DNA of 64,000 bases from assembly GCF_009914755.1 (NCBI RefSeq), contig NC_060931.1; one strand, given 5' to 3'. This document shows positions 28,901 through 43,613 of this stretch, one piece after another (within the stretch, counting starts at the first letter, position 1; each line of letters starts with the position of its first letter). Position numbers and translations under genes: made by a program. The stretch is from the human T2T-CHM13v2.0 reference genome, Homo sapiens. The notes beneath the pieces were generated by a model that saw only the letters and a program-made list of their open reading frames with translations, did no database searches and was not told the DNA's origin.

Positions 28901-31900
28901 TGGGAAATGCAGAGCAAGGCTCTACTGCTACTCATCAAATACAGACAAGGTCTGCGAGTGACCCTTGCAGGACTATAGCAATGATGGGTGTGGACAAGCA
29001 AAAAAAAAAAAAAACCCTATGAGAAAAGAGCAAGGTGCATGTGCATGAAGTGAGGAGGAAAGCAGCTGCACTCACTCAGCTGACAAAGGAAAGAAGTCCT
29101 GCCAACACAGTGAGTACACAGGGGTTGGTTGCTGGCAGCCGTGTACTTGCCCACCCTGCAATCTGTCAGATGTTTCAAACACCTTGTATCTTTATAGTAA
29201 TGTGAGTTATCATGACTACCCTGTAACTGAAAGTAATTTCAAGCTCCAATCATTTGATGCTGGCTAATTAAAACCCATATTTCAATCAACCACTCATTCA
29301 GGGGAAGCAGGGCATATAGAACCAGAATATTGTCATAAGCATGCCATAGCAATTCGGTGATAAAGTTTGGAGATCCTTCTATAATGATCCACATGGGTTC
29401 CCGAGGCTTTTCAAGGAATACTCAAGTACAGTGACAGCTGTCAACAAAGTGTCAAGTAGCCCTGGGGGCAGAGAAGGTTTAAAAGGGGGACTTAAAAGCA
29501 CTTACTGTTCCCTGGTAGCACTGATTTGGCCTAATACAGAACACTATAGGAGTGACTCTGAATAAACCAGGGAGGCAGGAGAGGGTAAAGGAAAGAAATG
29601 AAATGCTGGGTCAGACCTTACTTTTAAATTTTTTTTTTTTTTAACAAGGAAAAACAAGATCATCAACAACAATAACCTACTATTTGGCTGACAGCTGGAA
29701 AGTCAATGGATTGATTTTGAACCTCTCTGCTTGCAATAGGAAAATGTACATTTGAAACTCCCTTGGGCAACTTATTATAAGAGATTTGGGCCATCCAGAT
29801 GATGCTCTCAAATCTGTCAAATTCCAAGAAAGGCAAAAATATTGTTAATATTGTTTACAACAAATGTATGAAATTTAAATCAAAAATAGTATTGCTAAGT
29901 ATATGTCCTATGCTTTATATTCTATTAGTTTTGCTTGACTAACCAATGCCGTATTTTATTTCACAAATCTTGAAGCATGATTACAAAATTTATATCACTG
30001 TTTTATCTAGTTTTCTTAATATAGTTTTGGTGACACCCATGATTTGCTTGGTTATGACAAATAACAACACTTGTTCTGTGAGAAAATACAATCCACTATC
30101 CCATAATTCCATTTAAAGTTAGTGTCCAGAATCTACAGCAGCAAAAATGGGGAGCTTCTTTAAAACAGCGTCTTTTTTCTCTGCTGTCATTGAAATTACT
30201 AGGTCATAACTCCCGAGTTAACTTCCAGCTCCTGAGTACTGTGACTCCACGACATTACTATATTTCTAATCTACATTATACAACCTACCTAAGAAAACAG
30301 TTGCTTCTTTCTAGTAACTTAGGGGCAAGTAGGGAGTGTCCGGCCCACTTGATTTCATACCACCTAGAAGCACCAATGCAAAGTCCCTGCAGTAACAAGG
30401 GCAGGGACCTCTGAAGACATAATATAAAGCAGCTGAAGCCAGTGGTTAATCCGTTAACTAGGAAATCAATGGGTGGAAGTTCCTAGTCACAGAAAACGAT
30501 CGGAAGATGTAACTCACTGATGTTTCAGAACCTACCAAGCTTTATCTCTAGTTCATTCTCTCTCCCACTGCAGCACTTTCTTTGTGTGACTCCCTTTTGA
30601 CCATTCTAAAATACCACGGAATACAAAACACATTGCTAATGACAAGAAAGGAAGTTTTCTATGCCCTCCTCTCAATTTTAAAATAAAGTCAGCCTAAAGG
30701 TTTTCTGGATTCTCAAAAATAAATCCAACATAGAGATGAATCAAGTAGCACAGAGAAAAGGTGTCCTAGGCCTGGGGAGAAAAGGACTGAAGCGTGAGTC
30801 AAGGACTGTCACTACCCATCCATGGAGCAGTAGTTACCATATCCAGCCAAGCCCTCCTCTGCCCTGCCACTCTACCTAGACCAGGCAGCAGCTGACCTTC
30901 CTGATTGCTAGTTTCCAACTAACATCCTTTCTTTACCTTATCTTTCCAAGGATCCACTTGCTTCATTCACCTTCCCTGCTCAGAACTCATCTGTTACACC
31001 CTAGCCTGCCATGCTGTCTCACGCATTTGAGGGCAACTTTCTTTCTTTCTTTCTGCAATAGGGCCAATTACGGACAAACAAAAATGCTTATGGGGCTGCT
31101 TCTTTACTTAACTGAAGATGAAAATGGTTTTATTTAGTACTATGGTGGAAAATACATATTCTTACCACTCGGATTTGTTTATTGGATATAAAAATATCAA
31201 TAAGAAAACCAGCACTATATCTTTACGAATAAAAATGTTACTAATATCTGGGTATATCTGAAGGCACAACTAATGTAACTTTCCAGACTTGCATCCTAAA
31301 ATGAGATAGAACAGCTCTGAAGCTGCCCAGGCCCTATAGGATAGAATTAAACTCATTGACTTCAACCTACCCACCCATGAGACCCTACAAGAAACCTTTA
31401 TCTGAATTAATCTGGTCTGTGTGCTAACTCTACCAGGATTACCTTCTACTCTAACCCCCCTCCCATCCCTCTTAGCCTCAAGTTTGGCTCAAGTTCACTT
31501 CCCCTGATGCCAGGCCTGCCTGCCAAAGCTCCTGACACTCTTTCTCTAAATTCCTAAAGCACTTTCCATACCTCTTATACATTCTATCTCACTCACATGT
31601 TGATTCACCTTCTCAAAAATATTAACAGAGGAGGCGACTAAACTAGTACTCATTCACTACACTGTAACATTAAATATGCTTTGACCAAACTAGTAATTCC
31701 TTGAAGGTCAAAGATGGCGGCCATGCTAACACTTGTTGACTGATGGAACCAACCATGAGTTCTTCAACCCTAGACTGTTGGCAGATTTCTTTTTCAGAGC
31801 AGAATATGCTGACTTAGAGAATTAGATTTAATGCCTTTAATTCAATAGCAATTAGGTTTCTTACTATTAGGAACAGTCAGGCAAATCAACCATTACAGCC

Positions 31901-33547
31901 CACAAAAAAAGTACACAGTTGAGACACTGGCATCCACAAAGTTTCACATATTAAAAGTTGGAAACCTAGATGTTCAGTTCTTGTAACTCGAGTCAAAGGA
32001 ATAAGCTTATTTTCTCTGAACTCTCCCTACAGTGTTATGTCTAAATGAGCCTTAAAGAGCTGTTTAAAAATAACTAGGAGGGCCAGATTCTGGGAGAAAA
32101 ATACACAGAACTTATACATGAATCTGTTTCCCAAAATTGGCTGTTTAGTTTAGGCTGTGTTATTTCCTGCTCAAATTGGTTTCCTGCAATTTGTTAAGGC
32201 TGCCAAATACTTAGTGATCTCAGTGATATACTTAACACAAACTGGCAAATCTTTCTTATTTTTCACAATGACGAGAAATTTACAGAGAAACTTCTACAGT
32301 GAGGATGATAATAAAAGTTAGGTCATTTGTCTTGTTTTTTTCCAGATTCATCATTTTTATCTGGTTGCCAGTAGCTTACGAAAACAACAAAACATCTCCT
32401 AATATCATTTCCTGTCTGTTTCTTCATATTGATTTGGGGACAGATTCTTCAGCGGTAGGTAGGGTCAACCATGAGAGGTCTGACCTCATTATAAGCCAGA
32501 AAAACTAAAAGATCAGGTTGAAAGGAAACAATCAGCACCCAAAATTGATTTTTTAAAATCAAAAGATGCAAGATGTTAATGAAAAGGTAAGTTTATAACT
32601 ATATGCAATGACATCTCCTTATGTCAGCCTAAGAAAAAAATTATCTGGTATAAAAGCAAACCAATATAGTTGAGATAACGCAGCAAAAAAATTGAGGCAG
32701 CAAGGACACAGTTAAGTTATTGAGAGCACATTCATTTATTAAAGTGGCATTACAATCTGCTGTGTGTCACACAGTATATTATTTTGCCCAAACAGCTTTA
32801 CATGCGAATACTTACTGCAACGAGCCACTGATCTGGTTCAAGGTTTAGCAAAAAAATTATATTTTTTATGAAAAAAAAGTTTCAGTAAAGTCTTCAGAGG
32901 AACCCACTTTCTTATAGTATAAAATGTATTCTCAAAACTATTTTTATGACAAAATTGAGTTCCTATATACAGAAATCCTAGGGCTCTCAGTTCATCAAAT
33001 ACACTGCCCTATATTCACACATATGAATAGCCTAGGGCTGGTATGACTAAGAGTCCTGTGAGAAAGAAGGCTTTTTAATAAATACTTAAAATTTAACTCA
33101 CATTTAATATATAATTTACTTCACACTGAAAAATGTAAAAAAGGCGAGTGACATTTTTATCAATACATTTTTGTAGGCTTGAAAAATTATTTCATAACAC
33201 ATCTAAATTTTAAATCCTAAGAAATCTATTATTGAGTACTAACTAAAACTCCTAAATGAGACAAACTCAGAACAAAACATAAATGTTCAAGCTTCATGCT
33301 TTTATAAGCCTATTTTTTTAATTCTAAGAAGAATAAATCTTTGTTAATTTACACATAGTTGAATTGCATTCTTAACCTAAAGCAAGATCATTTCAAAATA
33401 GCATGCCAAATTTTAGTTCTTTTCTTGGGTTAGGTTGGAAAGGGTGAGAGAAATCATGTACTCAAAGAACCTGTCCTATGAGCCTTGTTGAGTCTTTTTC
33501 ACATCATGGTGCAGATAGAAAATAAAAAGCACTGGTGTGTTCCAGAT

Positions 33548-33753
33548 CAGAGCTATGCAACAGAACTGTCTGCAATAATAGAAATGCCCTATATCTACAC
33601 TTTCCAATATGGTAGTCAAAAGCCACATGCGGTTACTGAGCATAAAATGTGAAGAGTGCAACTTCAGAGCTAAAGTTTTCATTTGATCGACTTAATTTTC
33701 ACTTAACTTTTAAGAGCCACATGTGACTAGTGGCTACCATTTGGAAAGTGTAG
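33548..33753. mobile_element. MER3-like hAT-Charlie MITE
   Basis: Quasi-palindromic ccaatatggtagtc...agccacatg...agccacatgtgactagtggctaccatttgga. Confidence 0.7.
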
Positions 33754-33788
33754 TTCTAGCCTGACCACTAAAACACAAGATGGCATAC

Positions 33789-34423
<635 letters not shown>

Positions 34424-34502
34424 TAAAAAGCAGCTCCTTCATTCCAACTAGTTTCTATCACGTCCTTTCTAAAGCAAGATGTCATTCAAATTAAAATAAG
34501 AC

Positions 34503-34745
34503 AAAGTGGTTAACAGCATTTGCTCTGGAGTCAGACAAACTTGAATGTAACTCTCATCTCCATTGCTCACCAGCTGTGTGACTTTGGGCAAAATAATTAA
34601 TCACTTCAAGTCTCAGTTTCTTTCTACATAAAATGGGTTATCACAGGTCCTTCTTCATAGGGTTATAAGGATGAAATGAGATAAGACGTACACAGGATTT
34701 AGCAGAGTACCTACAATGTAATAAATTTTAAGTGTCATCTATCAT
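34503..34745 (+). mobile_element. MIR
   Basis: Contains ctctggagtcagac...gctgtgtgactttgggcaa...ctcagtttc...taaaatggg (MIR core). Confidence 0.75.
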
Positions 34746-35366
34746 TACTTCAGTATATTGAATCATCATGATCATCACGCTAACTCCGTAACACAGGAGG
34801 TAGGAAAAAAAATCTACCTACAACAAATCATACTTTAGAACAAATTCCAATTTTAAATGTATCCATATATCATCATTCTTTTTTTAACACCAAGAAAATG
34901 TTTTAATTAAACTACAGAAACAATGGTTATAGCACAGAATATTCATAAGCAAAAAGATACACGTCATAAGTACTTACAAAGTTACAAACCATTTGCTCCC
35001 TTAACATTTTCCGTATTTTAAGTTCATACATGTAGATAAGAACAGATTCACCATTTTGAGGAAGAGGAGGAAGCAAAGGTATATTTATCATCAGCTAGAT
35101 GTGCTCACTGTATGCAGTGGTATTTATATGCAAGACCCGAGTGACTGGAAGTGCAGTTGTTGGGCATTTTAATAAACTGGACAGCCATTTGTTTCTGCAC
35201 GACAAGGCATCTTCTTAAGCCAAAATATTTGATAAACTTATTTTCAGTATCTCCTAGGTTTCTTTTATACTATGTTTCTACCTCCCTTACAGTCTTGTTA
35301 TATATGTAGTTTATCTGTCAAAAAAAACTTTTTCCTATTTTTGCATCTTTTCAAAATACCTGGCTT

Positions 35367-35667
35367 GGCCGGGCACGGTGGCTCACGCCTGTAATCCCAG
35401 CACTTTGGGAGGTCGAGGCGGGCGGATCACGAGGTCAGGAGATTTAGACCATCCTGGCTAACACGGTGAAACCCCGTCTCTACTAAAAATATAAAAAATT
35501 AGCCGGGCGTGGTGGTGGGAGCCTGTAGTCCCAGCTACTCAGGAGACTGAGGCAGGAGAATGGCATGAACCCAGGAGGCGGAGCTTGCAGTGAGCCAAGA
35601 TCACGCCACTGCACTCCAGCCTGGGAGACAGCGAGACTCCATCTCAAAAGAAAAAAAAAAATAAAAA
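35367..35667 (+). mobile_element. AluY
   Basis: Contains gatcacgaggtcaggagat, atcctggctaacacggtg, gaatggc and gagcttgcag. Confidence 0.92.
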
Positions 35668-35784
35668 CGTGGCTTATTTATTTACATAATAGAAACATTC
35701 AATATATGTCACCTGAATTAAATGTATAGAACTCTCCAGAATGAACAAAAGTAGCTACTTTTAAAATGGATAATGCCCTTAAAT

Positions 35785-36670
35785 TAATTCAACAAACGAT
35801 AATAAGCACTTACTAAGAAGCAGGTTACACTATCCTAGGAGCTAAGAATTCAGCTGTGAACAAACAAATGAGGAATAAGGTCCCTGGAGCTTCTCTTCTA
35901 GTGAAGATAGCAGTCACAGTGAATAAGTAGAGGAAAGGTGATAGGAGATGATGAATAATGTGATGATGTTGGAAGGCAGAGAGGGACCAGTCATGATATA
36001 TGATGGAAGCCCAGGGAAGCAGCTCAGACTATATTCTGTGTACCATGGAGAGCCACCACTGGGACATGACTTGACCTGATTTGCTTTTCTTCAAAAGATT
36101 GTGAGGACTTCTGTGTGCACAGCACAGGGGGAAAGAGTGAAGCAGGGAGCCAGTTAAGAGACTTCCACAGAAGACGACAGTTATCTATCTGGATTGGAGA
36201 TATAGCAGAGGAGACAGATGCAAAAGGAACATATTTAGACATGTTTTAGAGATGGAGTTGACAAGACTAGCTAACAGTCTGATGTAAGGTGTAAGGAAAA
36301 AAGAAAACAAGGATGAATCCCCAATTGGGGACCTGACTACCTGTGCCATTTAGTGGGAAAGACAGAGAAGAAAAGCAAGTCTGGGGGTGAAAATAAAGGT
36401 TGATTTGGGATATGTCAAGTTGAGGAATCTGTAAGGGGAGATTTTAAGTAGGCAGTTGTCTATTATAATGTCTGGAATTTCAGGGAAAGGTCAGGGCTAG
36501 AGATATAATTTTGGGAGTCACAGGCATCTAGATAACGATTTCAAAACCGTATATTGGGACAAGATTACTTAGTAGAAATCAACAAAGAACCCTGGACTGA
36601 GGGTTGCAAGTAGGGTGAAAGGAAAACCAAGAGTGTGGTCCAGAAGCCAAAACAAGGGTTTCTAACAAGG
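35785..36670 (-). mobile_element. L2 remnant
   Basis: Begins attcaacaaa...aagcacttact (reverse of the L2 3' end), followed by a purine-rich L2 body. Confidence 0.6.
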
Positions 36671-37673
36671 AAGGCATGCTCACTTTCTATCTAGCGTTAA
36701 TTAACTGTGAATCCTCAACTCTCCTACTAAACAAGAAGCTTCAAAGGGGCAAGAAGTCATTCTTATTCATCTTGGTACCCTTTCCTCTAAACGTATCAGA
36801 AGCTCAATTCATGTTTACTGACTTAATGATTAGTAAGGGGCGGGGCGGGGGGGGTCACAATTGGCCCAAGTGAATGGCATTTGGGCAGGATCTCGTCTTT
36901 CTCAATTTCACAGTCTATAGCCAGATTTCCCCCTTTCTAATAAGTACAGGAAAATCTCACTTAGTCCAAAATTAATCATCCCAATTATTTTCTTGTTGCC
37001 ATTTCACAATAAATAGCGTATCTATCCATCAACTGGGCAGTATCAAGAACAGTGCTGGACACATAGCTGGTGCTTAGTAAAATACTGGATAAACAGATGA
37101 GTGTGGCAGGAGAGAGAAAAGGGAGAAGAAACAGCATTAAGTCTCTTATCCAGCAGGACCTACAGATAAAATTAGGCTTAATAATTCTTTATGGATTTTA
37201 TTTACCACCACATTTCCATCAATAACTAAGACTGACTGTGACAAACTAAACCTTTTATAAACTTAGAAGAAATTTATTAGAAAATAAAATCATTTGGAAT
37301 ACTTCACAATTTGAAAATAGCAAATCAATATTTTCTAAGTTCGATTTTTTAAATAAATATTTATTCCTAAATCTCTAATATCCCTATAAGCAATCCATTT
37401 TACACAAAAAGATATGAAGTAACTTTCCAAAGCCTAGTAGAGGATTCAAGAGTGGGAAGAGAAAACAAAATTTTCAAAGACTGTTTGAAAATAGTTTCAT
37501 TCTTAGTACAAAACATTTTAAAAGAAACCCCAATACTGATTTCTAATATTCCTTATTAAAAGCTAAACATCTAAATAACGAAAGACAGAATGCTAGAGAA
37601 CTTGACTATTGAGTCAACTTTTTCCACTTATAATTTATCTCCTAAAAACCCTAAAATTAAAATTCAGCAATAC

Positions 37674-37761
37674 CTGAGGCACCATAAGCACCAGAATACC
37701 GCTGAGACTTCGAACCAGATGGAGAGGATTCCTTCATTCGATCAATCACATTTTCCGAAAG
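37674..37761 (-). CDS. CHCHD3: CHCHD3/MIC19 coding exon 2 (88 nt; LSENVIDRMKESSPSGSKSQRYSGAYGAS + 1 nt)
   Basis: Minus strand reads ...gatgttgcttttccAG|CTTTCGGAAAATGTG...GCCTCAG|GTattg. It continues exon 1 in frame (phase 0 in, phase 1 out) and matches the known MIC19 sequence. Confidence 0.97.
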
Positions 37762-39156
37762 CTGGAAAAGCAACATCAAAATAAAATCAATTATAAAACA
37801 GCAAGATCAAAAACCAGTGCAATAACATCCAAGTAATTTAGTCATCCATATCCATACATATGACGAATGCCCTAAAGAAATTAGGTTAAATCTAACAGCC
37901 ATAAAACCAGAAGGAAGAATAATTTTAAGATTTCGAGATGCACCCCACAGCACTACTCCTTTATTTTTTCTAATGCACTGCTAATTGTTCATTATAAATA
38001 ACTACACTCTTCATTTTATACTATGCACAAAATTGTAATCTCTGGGGAAATGTATGCTATATAAACTTCAACTTTCCTCCCCTAATCCTACACACTTATT
38101 CATGCATTAATGGGCCTTAGCTCCTTCCCTCCCTCTAGTCCCGAAGGAAAGTGTTCCTTCCCTCTCCCCTCCCTCCCTCCCTCCTGTTCAAAGCTAACCA
38201 CATACAATCGCTCTTTCAACAGATTTCATGATGGATCAACTATGTGCCAGAAACTAGGCTAGACTCTGAGTATTCAAAATTATCAAGTGCTTAAAGCATA
38301 ACAGAATAAACAACCATCAGGCATTTAAATACAACATGAAGAGTGCTACCTGAGTGAGTCAGCATGTAATGCAAGTATACAGAAAACACAATGGGCAGCA
38401 CATGTAGCCAGGCTTTGAAGGCAGGGCTGGAACAGAGGATTAGGGAAGATTTACAAGGTAAGGAGGAGTAAAAGCTAGGAAGAGATGCAGTAGGATGAAA
38501 GTGCTCCTGGGTGAGAAAAATCACATTAAAGTACAGATGAAAACCAGAATTTGCCACCGTTAGACATCCAAGTGGAGATATCAAGTAGGCAGCTGGCAAT
38601 AGAGCAGAGGCTCTGAGGAACACACAGCCTTGCGGATTTGAGAGTCATCATTCCCACAGTTACTATCGCGTCATCCTTTTTTATTTTCTTTACAGCACTT
38701 AACCACTACCTGAGACTTGCTTGTTTACCATCTGCCTTTCACTAGAAAGAAAGCTCCCTGAAAGCAAGGATTTGGCTGTCCTATCGCTATACTCCCAGAG
38801 CCTCACTAAGCCTAGTTAATTCAATGAATGAATGTTAAATGAATGAATGAAACAACATGAATAAATGGCTGAAGCAAGAAAATAGAGAGAGGGCATAGTG
38901 AAAGAGAAGGTGGGGAGGGAAGGTAGAGATTCCAAATTTTGAAGATTCTTAGTGAACTCTTCAATTGAAACAGTTTGAACTTGACCCTGAGGGTACCTGA
39001 GCACTACTGAAGGATTTTAAGCAGGGGAATGGCACGATCAGATTTACACTTTAGGAAAATCACTCTGGCTACAATGTAGAGAACAGATTGGAGGGGGACA
39101 AGAACAGAAGCAGGATCCCTGAAGGAGGCTAAAGGACCAATTAAGAAGCTATTAAG

Positions 39157-39805
39157 CATATGTCCACACAAAGACTTGCACAGGAATGTTCATAGCAGCA
39201 TTATTCATAAGAGCAAGGGTGGAAACAAACACATGTCTATCTACGGTGAATGGATAAACAAAATCTTACATATCCATACAACACTATACAACTCAGCAAT
39301 AAAGAGCAGTGAAGTTATGACATGTGCTACCGTACAGATAGACCTAAAAATCATTAAGCTAAGTGAAAGAAGCAAACACAAGGGCCACATATTGAATGAT
39401 TCTATTTATATGAAACACCCAGAAAAGGCATCCCTATAGAGTAGATTAAGTAGTTGCCTAGAGCTGGGGTGGGAATAGGGATTAACTGTAAACAGGCACA
39501 AGAGATCTTATTGGGGTGATAAAAATATTCTAAAATTGCATTGTAGTGATGTTTGCACAACTCAGTAAATTCATCAAGTGTTGAATTGCTACTCGGGAGG
39601 CTGAGGAGGGAGGATCGCTTGAGCCCAGGAGGTCAAGGCTGCAATGAGCCATGATCATGCCACTGTGCTCCAGCTTGGGCAACAGAGCAAGACCCTATCT
39701 AGAAAAAAAAAAAAAAGTGTTGGAATGTAAACTTAAAATGGATGAATTTCATGGCATGTAAATTACTCTACAACAATTTACTTTAATAAACTTTAAAAAA
39801 AAAAG
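39157..39805 (+). mobile_element. L1M 3' fragment interrupted by a 5'-truncated Alu right arm (39588-39716)
   Basis: Contains gtccacacaaagacttg...aatgttcatagcagcattattc...gaatggataaacaaa; AAGTGTTG is repeated around the Alu arm. Confidence 0.8.
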
Positions 39806-39854
39806 CTATTATGGTAATCCAGGGGAGAACACACTTAAAAGGTATTTAGGATTT

Positions 39855-40075
39855 AAAATACTAACATTCACTGAGTGCTTATTATGTGCCAGGCGCTACA
39901 CTAAGCTAGGCACTTCACTTATTTACTCCTTCACAGGCCTATGAGATAGATACTTTTGTATCTCTATTTTATAGGTGAAAAAACTGAAGCATAGCCGGAT
40001 TAAATAACTGGCCCTGGATCAGATACTTTATCAGTAGCAGAGGAAGGATTCAAACCCAAAAAGTCTGAGTCTCAA
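39855..40075 (-). mobile_element. MIR
   Basis: Contains tgagtgcttattatgtgccagg...attttataggtgaaaaaactgaagc...ggattcaaaccc. Confidence 0.75.
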
Positions 40076-40087
40076 GATCCCACTCAA

Positions 40088-40372
40088 GGCCAGGCATGGT
40101 GGCTCGCATCTGTAATCCCTGCACTTTAGGAGGCCGAGGTGGGCGGATCACGAGGTCAGGAGATCGAGACCATCCTGGCTAACATGGTGAAACCCCATCT
40201 CTACTAAAAATACAAAAAATTAGCTGGGCGTGGTGGCGGGCGCCTGTAGTCCCAGCTACTCAGGAGGCTGAGGCAGGAGAATGGCGTGAACCCGGGAGGC
40301 AGAGCTTGCAGTGAGATCGCGCCACAGCCTGGGCAACAGAGTGAGACTCCGTCTCAAAAAAAAAAAAAAAAA
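40088..40372 (+). mobile_element. AluY with small right-arm deletions
   Basis: AluY diagnostics; TSD AAGATCCCACTCAA. Confidence 0.92.
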
Positions 40373-40489
40373 GATCCCACTCAAACATCCCTCAGCATCA
40401 CTACCCAGTATCTGAGTAGATGTGGGAGTAAAGCAGAAGTCATCAAGGAAGACCCCAGGATTTCCATTTCAAGTAACTGAGTGATCCTC

Positions 40490-41700
40490 CTCCTGTATCA
40501 AGGGTCTCCTTCCCATTTCCACTTCCTGAACTCACCACTCTCTGGCTTTTACCCTCAGTGCAACAGTGAACATTCTCTGGTAGAAGTCACCAATGACCAA
40601 ATAAATAACTTTTGATATTTATGTAAATAAATATTTTATATTTATAAAATGCCTTATTTATATGGCTTCCCTTTAGCATCTAACACCTCTGGCCACTCCC
40701 GTCTTCTGGAAAGCCCTCCCTTGGCTTTTCTGACATCCTGCTGTCCTGGTTCTCCTAGGACTCTGGCCACATTTTATCTCTTTTGCAGCTTCCCCTCTCC
40801 TGCCTGCACTTCAATGCTGAAGGGCCCTTCTCATTCTATGTGCCCTTGTACTGGCACTCTCATCCAATCTCTTGATTTCTAACTGTTGTTGATAAACTAA
40901 TAAATTCCATTAATAAATGCATTCACTCGAGCTTAAGACCTATCTCTCAGAAGCCCGGTCTCCACACTGAATTGCCTAATGAACACCTTCCTTCTGGCAA
41001 ACCAGAAGCACCTCACACCCAAAGTGTCCAAAATTGATCTCACGTTTGCCGCATATCTCCTCTTTCTCCTGCCTTCCTTACCTCATTAATGACACCACCA
41101 ACACCCAGCTTCCTAAATTCAAACATAGGGCTTGTTCTTAACTCTTCTTTCTCTCTCATTCTTAGCTCTGACTTCATCAATCCCTAAATATTTAATGAAT
41201 TCCTCTCTTCTCTCATCCCATTTCTCCTGCCCTAATTCCTGTACCATCCGCTTAAAATGCAAATGTGATAATGGTAACTCCCTACTTCAAATTCTTCAAT
41301 AGCTACTGTCTGTTTACAGAAAAATTCAAATTCTTTGTACAGCATTCAAGACTTCATCATTTGGTGATGGCCTAACTCTCCAACCTCAAATTCTACAGTT
41401 TTTTTCCTTAATATTACATATCCTGTTCTACGCCCATCTCCTTGCCTTTACACACGCCTACATTGCCCTCTCTCCTGTACCATTGGGAGGGAGTCACCTT
41501 TCAAGACGCAGTCTAAACATCCAAGCCTTCACTGACCAAAACAGTTGTCCACTCCATTCCAACCCTGCCTACCTAAAGCTACCATTCCTTGTGCCTGCTG
41601 TTCCTTTCTCAAACTTCCAATACAGTCTCAATGAAAGAACAGGAATTAGCCTTTCCACATTCACCTTTCTGCCTTTCCACTAGATTGCAAGCTCCTATAT
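40490..41700 (+). mobile_element. L2 remnant
   Basis: Pyrimidine-rich L2 body (aagtcaccaatgacc...ttggcttt...ctagattgcaagctcc); boundaries approximate. Confidence 0.6.
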
Positions 41701-43308
41701 ATTAAGTCATTCATTCAACAAATGTCTCCCAGGCCAGGCACTAATCAAGGCCCTGTGATACATCAGTGAACTAAATAGTCTATACCTCAACTGTTACTTG
41801 TATCTCAGGGCCCAAACCAGAATGGAAATAAGATGGAAAAGGGAAAGGCTACAGATCAAATGCTGTGTGTGCTCTTTGAAGGAAAAAACTACGACTCCCT
41901 TCTTGGAAGACAAGAAGACTTTCTATTTGAAAATGCCAGAGCCAGCTGCATCCTTCTAACAACTGACAGCCACTGGGAATGTTGCTGAAACCCATCTGAG
42001 AAACTGAGAAACTGAGACACATCCTAGAAAAATCCCCGTAAGACTGACTCAATTTATACTTGAGAAAAAAAAGAGACCCTGAGTAATATTCAGTTACTGG
42101 CAGCATCAAGACCAGAAGCAGTAATTCCCCAATCTCTAGTCCAATGCTCTACTTTTAATAACACACCCCTTCAATCCCATGCATGTAATAAAAATATCAC
42201 TTCCTCTTAAAGAGGAAAAAATAAGCTTACATTTTTAGAATCTTAAAGCTATTTTAACTGATATATAATATATATAAATCTCAAAAATCAAGTGTTAGCT
42301 ATAAGCTTTCATCTGAAAAGTTACTATTTTCATCTGAAAAAAATGAAAATAATGTTTACCCCAGAGATTCTGTGGAGGGATTTTAGTGTTTTGCACCATA
42401 AACTACAATTGGCTACACAAATATTTGGTAAAGCTATTACCCATATAGCTCCAACCACAGGGACTTTTTAATTCATTTTGGTTCATTTTTATCAACTGGG
42501 TCTGAGCTTGTACTGACTCGTTCTCTGTAAGGTGCATGAGGACCAGGCCTACAGCTATTGCAAGCAGCAGCTGCCTAAGTCCTGGTATGGGTATAGAAGG
42601 TGCTTATTTTTCTCTATCTATGCTCTCTAGGTAGTAGGAGTAGAATGTCTCTTTCAACCTAATCACTAATTTCTTGTTAACTTTTTTTTCTTTTTGAGGC
42701 CTCTCTGATGTCCCAAGTTGCTACTTAATGTCAAATTCTCACATCAATTCAAAACATTTCCCAGTGGGATGTTTGGTTATAGTTCAGTAAACTTGTAAGC
42801 ATGCGCCAAAGGAGTATATACTAAACCTATTGAAGGCTTGATAAACATATTGTACGGCTGCCTTATTGAGACTCCACCTTTCTCTTGTTCTTACAATCAT
42901 TCAACAACTGTATCCTTAGGCCCTTCCAAAGCAGCACCCATGGCCATCTACTGTTGCACCTCTGCCAACTCCAAGCACTATTACCCTATTCCCAGTCTGC
43001 TCATAGCGACGTAGATATGAGGTAATAGTTTTGTTGTGTTATCATCTGTATCCAAAGTTAATGCTCTCTGAGCTGACCTTCCCATTGCAGTAGTAAGTTC
43101 AGACCTGCACACTCACCTGATCTCCTCTGTGAACAGGGGTACTCACTCGTGAAGCAGCTGACAAGCTTTAGAGATGCTGGCCAGGATTATACACGCAATC
43201 TGTAGCTGCAGAACAACTCATCTTTCTGATAAAAAATGACCCAAAATGGGGGTCGATAGTACAACACAAGCTTCTGCGATGGCAGCCTCTGTGTAAGAAG
43301 TATCTTGC

Positions 43309-43613
<305 letters not shown>

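Noticed and set aside
30444-30459. GTTAATCCGTTAAC, an HNF1-like palindrome
   Set aside because: Spacing is one base longer than the GTTAATNATTAAC consensus.
36837-36854. G-run GGGGCGGGGCGGGGGGGG (G4/Sp1-like)
   Set aside because: Isolated, on the non-sense strand of CHCHD3, with no surrounding CpG island.
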